From contig CAYZZS010000002.1 in NCBI GenBank assembly GCA_964483035.1, forward strand, positions 24,872-88,871: DNA of 64,000 bases. The letters run 5' to 3'. This DNA is from an uncultured Candidatus Saccharibacteria bacterium (GTDB taxonomy: Bacteria > Patescibacteriota > Saccharimonadia > Saccharimonadales > CAYZZS01). Numbering within the stretch: position 1 is the stretch's first letter; the number at the start of each line of letters is the position of its first letter. The translations under genes were made by a program, and so were the position numbers. The notes beneath the pieces were generated by a model. That model ran no database searches, was not told the origin of the DNA, and was given only the letters and a program-made list of their open reading frames with translations. Below, piece after piece: positions 57,046 to 64,000 of this stretch.

Positions 57046-57218
57046 TTTATGCATGTTGCATTCGGATGAAGCGCAAGGCGACAGCACGGAGCGGACTGAG
57101 GCGTACGTTATGTACGACAAAGGAGCACTAGGGCTAGCAACGCAGCGATTCGCCGAAAGTAGCGGACAGAGTTCTGGTTCTGCCAGAAGTCAGGCCGATG
57201 CGATGCAATGGGCATAAA
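57046..57218. mobile_element. ~170-bp palindromic miniature element (RPE-like)
   Basis: Terminal stem TTTATGC.TTGCAT / ATGCAA.GCATAAA; core CAAGGCG...TGAGGCGTAC-gttat-GTACG...GCAACGCAG; one frame is stop-free. Confidence 0.55.
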
Positions 57219-57541
57219 GGTTACCTATTCGGCAGTCAACAAGTGGGCTTTATAAGGAACCACTCTAAAAACCTTCGCACCTTATTTGAAAACACCTCCC
57301 AAAACTCCACCTCACACATAAGTCTCTCAAAACTTTCTAAGAGCTGTCAGAAGTGGTAGCAAAGATAATAATCTTTGCCAACGCCTTTCTTCTGGCATCA
57401 CGGCTTTTAGTACTTACAAAAACAAAAACTTACAAATCAAAAACAAAAAAGTTGGCTGCTGATTAGGTGACCTTGCTAAAACAAAAAATAAAAACAAAAA
57501 AGTGCACTCTATGACAATGTGCATGGGGTACACTAGCAAGT

Positions 57542-58435
57542 ATGCACCACGATGAAAAATCTAAACACATTCCGGTACTTCTGAAGGAAGTGCTCGAGTA
57601 TCTGGATCCGAAGCCAGGTGAATCATATCTGGATCTGACGGCTGGTTACGGCGGGCACGCCAGTGAAGTGCTGGCATGCACCAAAGCCTGGTCAAAGGCA
57701 GTGTTGGTAGACCGCGATGACAATGCCATTCGCGAGCTCACCAAGAAGTTCGAAGACCAGGATGTTCGAATCATACACGACGATTACTTGGCAGCCGCAA
57801 ACCGGTTACTGGAAGCAGGGCAGCGATTCGATCTGGTGCTGGCGGATTTAGGTATTTCGTCACCCCACATTGACACCGCGAAGCGAGGTTTCGCAATCAA
57901 TCTGGAGGGGCCGCTGGACATGCGAATGGACAGCCGCCAGGCATTGACTGCCGCGGATATCGTCAATACGTATCCGGAGGCTGACATTGCTGCGATACTG
58001 CGCGATTACGGGGAAGAGCCCAAAGCGGATCGGATAGCCCGTATGATCGTAGAGCATCGACCGATTGCGACAACGACCGAGCTGGCGGAAATAGCTGCCG
58101 CAGTATGGCCAAAGGGCAGAAGTCGGGTACATCCGGCGACACGCACCTTTCAGGCTTTACGTATAGTGGTAAATGACGAACTCGGCCTGCTGGAAGCAGC
58201 ATTGCCGGTCTGGTTCGATTTACTGAAGCCTGGCGGACGGATCGCCATCATCAGCTTTCATAGCCTGGAGGACCGGGTAGTGAAGCGGGCGATAGCTGAG
58301 CGGGCAGGCGACCGGTATGATGCTGATCTGAAAATCCAGACCAAGCAACCGGTAGTCGGCAGTCATGAGGAATTAGTTCTTAATCCGCGCGCACGGAGCG
58401 CAAAGCTCCGGGCCGCAGTGAAAATAAAAACATAA
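57542..58435 (+). CDS. rsmH: 16S rRNA m4C1402 methyltransferase RsmH
   Basis: HIPVLL.E, DLTAGYGGH, DLGISS, PLDMRMD, HPATRTFQALRI, SFHSLEDR, NPRARSAKLR. Confidence 0.96.
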   Translation: MHHDEKSKHIPVLLKEVLEYLDPKPGESYLDLTAGYGGHASEVLACTKAWSKAVLVDRDDNAIRELTKKFEDQDVRIIHDDYLAAANRLLEAGQRFDLVLADLGISSPHIDTAKRGFAINLEGPLDMRMDSRQALTAADIVNTYPEADIAAILRDYGEEPKADRIARMIVEHRPIATTTELAEIAAAVWPKGRSRVHPATRTFQALRIVVNDELGLLEAALPVWFDLLKPGGRIAIISFHSLEDRVVKRAIAERAGDRYDADLKIQTKQPVVGSHEELVLNPRARSAKLRAAVKIKT

Positions 58436-58587
58436 AAGACGTTTCTGGCGCCAAAATAGCGCGAGTGACGTCACAAAAAGAAAGGGAAAGGCCTACTATG
58501 CCAATCCAGGTAAAAAGTAGCTCCCGCACATACAAAGTTCGCGTCAAAGTATTGTAGTTAAGTCCTACAATCCGCGGACAATAGGGA

Positions 58588-58622
58588 GGCGGACGCCGCT
58601 TCAAAATCAAGCGGCGTCCGTC
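58588..58622. other. 14-bp GC-rich stem-loop between rsmH and ftsL
   Basis: GGCGGACGCCGCTT-caaaatc-AAGCGGCGTCCGTC; no U-tract follows. Confidence 0.75.
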
Positions 58623-58659
58623 AAGCGCACCTTTCTACCGGGCATACAGAAACAAAAAT

Positions 58660-59007
58660 ATGACATATTCAAGCTCACTTACCATGAATCGCCAGCGCTT
58701 TGCGCAGCGCAACCAAAACGCCGTTAGCTTTCGGGCGAAGACACGAACCATCGGTCCGATAAGCAACACTATTATCCTGATTGTCCTGGCATGCTTGCTA
58801 GGGCTGCTGTATCTTACTCAGGTCACTAAGACCAATGCCTACGGCTACACTATCAATGAACTTAACCAGCAAAAATCTGCATTAGCTGAAGAGCATGCGG
58901 AGCTGGAAGTAGAATCGGCTCGTTTACAAGCTGTAGACCGGATCAAGCACAGTGATATTGCTAAAGGACTGGTCTCCGTCGCGCCCAGCGGCTCTGTTCA
59001 GAACTAG
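58660..59007 (+). CDS. ftsL: Cell division protein FtsL-like
   Basis: Short cytoplasmic N-terminus, single TM, coiled coil; located between rsmH and the PBP gene. Confidence 0.72.
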   Translation: MTYSSSLTMNRQRFAQRNQNAVSFRAKTRTIGPISNTIILIVLACLLGLLYLTQVTKTNAYGYTINELNQQKSALAEEHAELEVESARLQAVDRIKHSDIAKGLVSVAPSGSVQN

Positions 59008-59064
59008 CGTATAATAGTAAATCCGTGCCGGGATAAGACCCGTTGCCTCCGTGAGTATATTTGC

Positions 59065-60837
59065 ATGCGATCATCCATAACCAGCTCAACACCGGCCAAC
59101 CCGCTGACGCGTATAAAGATCATATACGCCGCATTGCTATTCATTGCCTGCATCTTCGCCATCAGGCTTTTTTATCTACAAATTATCAAACATGGACACT
59201 ACCAGAACGCCGCGATAACCGGGCAGCTAAAAGAGTATGAGATACCAGCCTCACGCGGGTTAATTGAAGCCTATGACGGGGACAAGATCGTGCCGATTGT
59301 CTTAAACGAAAAGAAATACACGCTGTTTGCAGATCCGATGTATATCGAGGATCCAGCGGAAGCCGCTGAAGCAGTACAGCGGATTATCGGCGGCAGTGCG
59401 GACGACTACCGCGAGCTAATGGGAGCTGATACGCGGTACGCGGTGCTGGCTAAGAAGTTGGACAAGGATCAGCGGGATGCTTTGGATGGGCTGGAGATTA
59501 AGGGAATTGGCACCAGGGAAGAGGAGTATCGTACGTACCCGCAAGGACAATTGGCAGCACAGCTGCTGGGGTTTGTTAATGATGACGGTGAAGGGAAGTA
59601 CGGAATCGAGCAGTACCTGGATAAAGAGCTGAGAGGCCGGCCTGGCCAGCTTCGGGCCATTACCGATGCCCGGGGGATACCCCTGGTGTCGAACAAGGAT
59701 AACGTGGCCATTAGCCCGGTTGCCGGCGAGAATGCTGTCTTAACCATTGATATCGCCATGCAGCGGCACGTCGAAGATATCTTGAAGAAGGGCGTCGAGG
59801 CTGCTAAGTCTAAGTTCGGCAGCGCGGTCGTTATGGATCCAAAAACCGGTGCTGTAAAGGCGATGGCTAATTTCCCGTCGTATAACCCGGCAGAATTTTA
59901 TAAAGTCGAGGATGCGGCGGTGTTTAATAACGCGGCTGCCTCCGAAGCGCTCGAAGTCGGTTCTGTCATGAAACCGCTGACACTGGCTGCAGCGCTCGAT
60001 AAAGGCGTAGTGAGCCGGGATACGACGTATTATGATCCGGGATTTATGAAGATTGACGGCGCCACGATTACCAATGTCGAGGAATCCGGCGGGGCCGGCA
60101 TTAAATCAATGGGCGATATTTTGCGCCTGTCTTTGAATACCGGCGCCTCCTTCTTGTTAGCGCAAATGGGCGGCGGGGAGGTCAATGAGCAGGCAAGGGT
60201 TACCTGGCATGATTATATGGTGAACCATTACGGATTTGGCCGGCCGACCGGTGTCGAGCAAGGGTTTGAAGCGTCGGGCACTATCCCTGACCCGCTGGAT
60301 GGGTTTGGCCTTAATATCCAATATGCTAACACCTCATTTGGTCAGGGTATGACTGCGACACCGCTGCAAGTCGCGGCTGCGATCTCAAGCGTCCTGAATG
60401 GCGGCACCTACTATAAACCGTACCTGATTGATCGGACTATCGACGGGAAGGGAGGTGAGGTGGTGCACGAGCCGGTTGCAGTGCGTAGCAATGTCGTGCA
60501 CGAGGGAGCGGGTAAGGCCGTGAAAGAATTGATGGAAGAGGTAATCCGCACAAACTACCGGACGTATGGATTTGATAGGATTAGAGCCGAGTATGCCATC
60601 GGCGGCAAGACTGGTACGGCCCAGATCGCCGATTCGGAAGGCGGCTATTACACGGATAGGTTTAATGGTGTGTTCATGGGGTTTGTCGGTGGAGACTCAG
60701 TTGATTATGTTATTGTCGTCCGGGTAGACGAGCCTAAAATCCCGGGCTATGCCGGCTCCCGTGCCGCCGGCCCAATATTTGCCGATATCGCTAATATGCT
60801 GATTGATACATTTTCTGTAACACCTAAATCAAGATAA
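59065..60837 (+). CDS. ftsI: Class B penicillin-binding protein (FtsI-like)
   Basis: N-terminal TM, RGLI, RTYP, GIEQYLD, GSVMKP (SxxK), SLN (SxN), KTGTAQ. Confidence 0.9.
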   Translation: MRSSITSSTPANPLTRIKIIYAALLFIACIFAIRLFYLQIIKHGHYQNAAITGQLKEYEIPASRGLIEAYDGDKIVPIVLNEKKYTLFADPMYIEDPAEAAEAVQRIIGGSADDYRELMGADTRYAVLAKKLDKDQRDALDGLEIKGIGTREEEYRTYPQGQLAAQLLGFVNDDGEGKYGIEQYLDKELRGRPGQLRAITDARGIPLVSNKDNVAISPVAGENAVLTIDIAMQRHVEDILKKGVEAAKSKFGSAVVMDPKTGAVKAMANFPSYNPAEFYKVEDAAVFNNAAASEALEVGSVMKPLTLAAALDKGVVSRDTTYYDPGFMKIDGATITNVEESGGAGIKSMGDILRLSLNTGASFLLAQMGGGEVNEQARVTWHDYMVNHYGFGRPTGVEQGFEASGTIPDPLDGFGLNIQYANTSFGQGMTATPLQVAAAISSVLNGGTYYKPYLIDRTIDGKGGEVVHEPVAVRSNVVHEGAGKAVKELMEEVIRTNYRTYGFDRIRAEYAIGGKTGTAQIADSEGGYYTDRFNGVFMGFVGGDSVDYVIVVRVDEPKIPGYAGSRAAGPIFADIANMLIDTFSVTPKSR

Positions 60838-61037
60838 GGACAAACTATGCAACGATATTTTTCCATGAGCAGCCATCCACTAGCTTTGAGCAGATTCCAC
60901 GCTAGGCTTGCCAGTCATTATTATTCAGTATCAAAGAGGAGTATAATGAACGCATTGCAGTTTGTTGCCAAAAGTATAAATGACGCGGTAGGACTGACCG
61001 GGCGTAGCTTGCTGGGCATGACATCTAGCGGCAAGGG

Positions 61038-62102
61038 ATGGAAATAGCTATCATGGGAAATACATTTCAGATACTTGTAGAGACCGATACGGTTATCAGA
61101 ATCCTGCTGCTTGGCTTTATGGGTTTTCTGCTAAGCATGCTTATCACGCCGCTCTATACGACGCTGGCTTATAAGTATGAGTGGTGGAAGAAGCCGCGGG
61201 CTACTGCCGTAACAGGTGAGGCGGCCAAGGTCTTTAACAGTCTGCACGGTGAGAAACACAAGCGGCATATACCGACCATGGCTGGTATCGTGTTCGTGGT
61301 CGCGGTCGGACTAGTCACAGTGCTGTTCAATCTCAGCCGGGCTGAGACATGGTTGCCGGTGGCAGCTTTCGTGGGTGCAGGAGCAGTCGGGCTCATAGAC
61401 GATATTATCAATATCAAAGGCAGCGGAAACGGCGTAGCGGGCTTACCATCAAAGCTAAAGCTGCTGCTGATCGTGCTGATTGCGCTGATTGGCGGCTGGT
61501 TCTTTTACTATAAGTTGGATGTTACTACGATTCACATTCCCGTTCTGGCGATAGATCTGGCAATCGGCTGGCTGATTATCCCACTATTTGTGCTAGTGGT
61601 TGTAGCAACGGCAAACGCCGTGAACATCACGGATGGCTTAGACGGCTTGGCTGGCGGCCTGGTGTCTATGGCGTTTGTGACGTATGCCATTATTGCCTTT
61701 TTGGAGGGCAGGTATGGTATTGCCGGCTTTTGTATGACGATTGTCGGTGCACTGCTGAGCTACACCTGGTTCAATATCAATCCGGCCCGGTTCTTTATGG
61801 GCGACGTCGGCTCATTCTCGCTCGGAACAGCGCTAGGGGTGGTGGCTATGCTGACTGATACGATGGTGCTGCTGCCGATTATTGGTATCGTCTTTGTGGC
61901 TGAGGCTGGTTCGTCGATGATCCAGATCCTGTCTAAGAAACTGCGAAACGGGAAGAAGATCTTTAAGATTGCGCCAATTCACCATCACTTCGAAGCCAGT
62001 GGCTGGCCGGAAACCAAGGTGACGATGCGGTTTTGGATCATCGGTCAAGTGGCCAGTGTGCTCGGACTGATTCTGTTTCTGACAGGGAAGTACATCGGCT
62101 AG
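61038..62102 (+). CDS. mraY: Phospho-N-acetylmuramoyl-pentapeptide transferase
   Basis: PTMAG, GLIDD, NAVNITDGLDGLA, FMGDVGS, APIHHHFE. Confidence 0.96.
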   Translation: MEIAIMGNTFQILVETDTVIRILLLGFMGFLLSMLITPLYTTLAYKYEWWKKPRATAVTGEAAKVFNSLHGEKHKRHIPTMAGIVFVVAVGLVTVLFNLSRAETWLPVAAFVGAGAVGLIDDIINIKGSGNGVAGLPSKLKLLLIVLIALIGGWFFYYKLDVTTIHIPVLAIDLAIGWLIIPLFVLVVVATANAVNITDGLDGLAGGLVSMAFVTYAIIAFLEGRYGIAGFCMTIVGALLSYTWFNINPARFFMGDVGSFSLGTALGVVAMLTDTMVLLPIIGIVFVAEAGSSMIQILSKKLRNGKKIFKIAPIHHHFEASGWPETKVTMRFWIIGQVASVLGLILFLTGKYIG

Positions 62103-62113
62103 GAGGGCGGTTT

Positions 62114-63370
62114 ATGCAGCCACGTTTCACATCACGCCGCAGACCGGGAGTTATGACGGCAAATGGCCGCAAGCATCGGCCGGACTATAAGCTGCCGCTG
62201 CTGAGTATCGCGCTGCTTGGTATCGGTTTGGTCGTGGTGTATGCTATCGGCCCCAGTCTGGCCGCCCAAAAAGATGTTGGCGAAAACTACTATGCAGGCA
62301 AGCAGGTTATCTCAATTCTGCTTGGCATTATCGCCTTTGCTATCACTGCCAATGTTCCGGTCAGCTGGTGGCGGCGGCTGACGAAAGCATTGATTGTGGC
62401 AGCTGCACTTGCATCAATAGCTGTCCGGGTGTTCGGCGAGGAAATCAACGGCGCGTACCGGTGGATACAGATAGGCGGCGTGTCGTTCCAGGCAGCCGAA
62501 CTGATAAAGTTTGCACTGCTTATCTGGCTGGCAGGGCTGTTGACTGAACGGATCAAGGACGGAAAACTGACCGATTATCATAAAAGCTTCAAGCCGCTTT
62601 TAATAGCCCTGGCTGTAATCGGGGCAGTGGTTGTGTGGTTGCAAAGTGACCTAGGGTCGGCAGCAGTGATGTTTGCGATGATGGCAGTTATGTTGTTCGT
62701 CGCCGGCCTGCCTATGAAACAGATATTGGCCTTTGGCGGCATAGTTTTGGTGGCGGTAATGCTGTTTATTGCCAGTACGCCGTACCGACGTGATCGGGTG
62801 GCGACATTCCTTAACCCTACGCAGGATTGCTTGAGCTCTGGTTACCAGTCCTGCCAGGCACTTATAGCTGTTGGCTCCGGTGGCATGTTCGGTAAAGGCT
62901 TGGGACACAGCGTGCAGGCAACCGGCTACTTGCCCGAGGCGGCCAATGACTCTATCTTTGCAATCTATGCCGAGAAGTTCGGGTTTTTAGGAGTAGCAGT
63001 ACTGCTAGGCTTATTTGTTGCCCTGTTTGTGCGGCTATTCCGTATTGCGGAGCGGGCTCCGGATGACTACGCAAGGCTGCTGATGATGGGCATCATAGCC
63101 TGGCTGGCTGCACAGTCGATTATCAATATTGGGGCGATGATCGGCATATTGCCGCTGAAGGGTATAACGCTGCCGTTTGTGAGCTACGGCGGCACCAGTC
63201 TGCTCTTTGTGACAGGTGTCATGGGTGTGGCTTTTCAGATATCACGGTATACTACATTTGTAACAGCAGCGAATACCAACAGTAATGAAGCAGGACGTCA
63301 TGCGAACAATCGTACTGACCGGCGGAGGATCAGGGGGGCATATCACCCCGGTCTTAGCGGTCGCGGATGA
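62114..63370 (+). CDS. ftsW: SEDS peptidoglycan glycosyltransferase FtsW
   Basis: NGAYRWI, FQAAELIK, QSDLGS, YLPEAANDSIFA, PLKGITLPFVSYGGTS; AGGAGG SD before ATG 62114. Confidence 0.93.
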   Translation: MQPRFTSRRRPGVMTANGRKHRPDYKLPLLSIALLGIGLVVVYAIGPSLAAQKDVGENYYAGKQVISILLGIIAFAITANVPVSWWRRLTKALIVAAALASIAVRVFGEEINGAYRWIQIGGVSFQAAELIKFALLIWLAGLLTERIKDGKLTDYHKSFKPLLIALAVIGAVVVWLQSDLGSAAVMFAMMAVMLFVAGLPMKQILAFGGIVLVAVMLFIASTPYRRDRVATFLNPTQDCLSSGYQSCQALIAVGSGGMFGKGLGHSVQATGYLPEAANDSIFAIYAEKFGFLGVAVLLGLFVALFVRLFRIAERAPDDYARLLMMGIIAWLAAQSIINIGAMIGILPLKGITLPFVSYGGTSLLFVTGVMGVAFQISRYTTFVTAANTNSNEAGRHANNRTDRRRIRGAYHPGLSGRG

Positions 63371-64000
63371 AGTAAAACGGCTTAGTCCGGATGTCAGGCT
63401 GATTTATGTTGGTCAAAAGGGTGATCGACTCGGTGATATTCCTGCCCAGCACCCGTCAATAGATGAAGTGCATGCAGTGAGGGCGGGCAAGTTCCGGCGT
63501 TATCACGGTACCGGGCTTAAACAACTGCTTGATCTGCCGACTATAGCCTTGAATATACGGGACGGCTTTCGGGTTGTTGCCGGGTTTTTTGAAAGCCGGA
63601 AGCTGCTTAGGCGGCTGAAGCCGGAGATCATCTTTATCAAAGGCGGCTTTGTTGGTGTGCCGGTTGGTTTGGCGGCCGCCTCGAAGCGTATTCCATTCGT
63701 GACGCATGACTCTGATAGTATTCCGGGCCTGGCTAACCGGATAATTAGCCGATGGGCGGCTATGTATGCGGTCGGCATGCCCAAGGAGCTATACCCCTAT
63801 CCGGCAGAAAAAACCCGATATGTCGGCGTACCGATTAGCGGCAATTACAAGCCTGTTTCGGGTGCCGAGCAGCGCAAGCTCAAGGAGTCTTTAGGAGTGG
63901 CGGCGGATGCTCCGCTGCTGCTGGTCACCGGGGGCGGGCTTGGGGCCGAGCGGATTAATAAGGCGGTCATCAGGGAATTGCCAGCCTTACTGGATGCAGT
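63300..64000 (+). CDS. murG: MurG glycosyltransferase (3'-truncated by the window edge)
   Basis: MRTIVLTGGGSGGHITP, KGGFVGVPV, HDSDSIPGLAN, VTGGGLGA; overlaps ftsW by 71 nt; absent from the ORF track because it has no stop in the window. Confidence 0.93.
   Translation, partial: MRTIVLTGGGSGGHITPVLAVADEVKRLSPDVRLIYVGQKGDRLGDIPAQHPSIDEVHAVRAGKFRRYHGTGLKQLLDLPTIALNIRDGFRVVAGFFESRKLLRRLKPEIIFIKGGFVGVPVGLAAASKRIPFVTHDSDSIPGLANRIISRWAAMYAVGMPKELYPYPAEKTRYVGVPISGNYKPVSGAEQRKLKESLGVAADAPLLLVTGGGLGAERINKAVIRELPALLDA

Noticed and set aside
56984-57217. 77-aa ORF after mraZ as a real gene
   Set aside because: TTG start without SD, and most of it is the open frame of the palindromic element

Overview
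Gene-dense bacterial chromosome segment using genetic code 11 (TGA acts as a stop). The gene order (serS-hpf-secA-M16 peptidase-prfB-ftsE-ftsX; a reduced dcw cluster mraZ-rsmH-ftsL-ftsI-mraY-ftsW-murG without murE/F/D), class I LysRS, alpha2 GlyRS, many orphan ORFs and frequent apparently leaderless genes suggest Patescibacteria (CPR), probably Saccharibacteria; this assignment is inferred. I saw no rRNA, tRNA, CRISPR array, transposase or prophage genes. Main points of interest: (1) ftsEX is followed by two coiled-coil cell-wall hydrolases (CHAP and M23) that share an exactly identical in-frame 165-bp segment encoding the probable FtsX-docking hairpin, and the M23 domain is circularly permuted; (2) two adjacent unknown genes share seven copies of an unrecognised ~40-aa helical repeat and are divergently transcribed from a PP2C phosphatase-FHA fusion; (3) a two-component-like pair upstream of recO has both the kinase His and the receiver Asp replaced by Glu; (4) a Gly-rich 21-aa uORF precedes GlyRS and may be an attenuator; (5) a divergent heliorhodopsin; (6) an actinobacterial-type LysM-Rpf next to a DUF1996 protein; (7) a palindromic RPE-like element and other structured segments inside the dcw cluster; (8) msrA is split by an in-frame TAA. 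All family calls come from motif recognition by eye; no searches were run.
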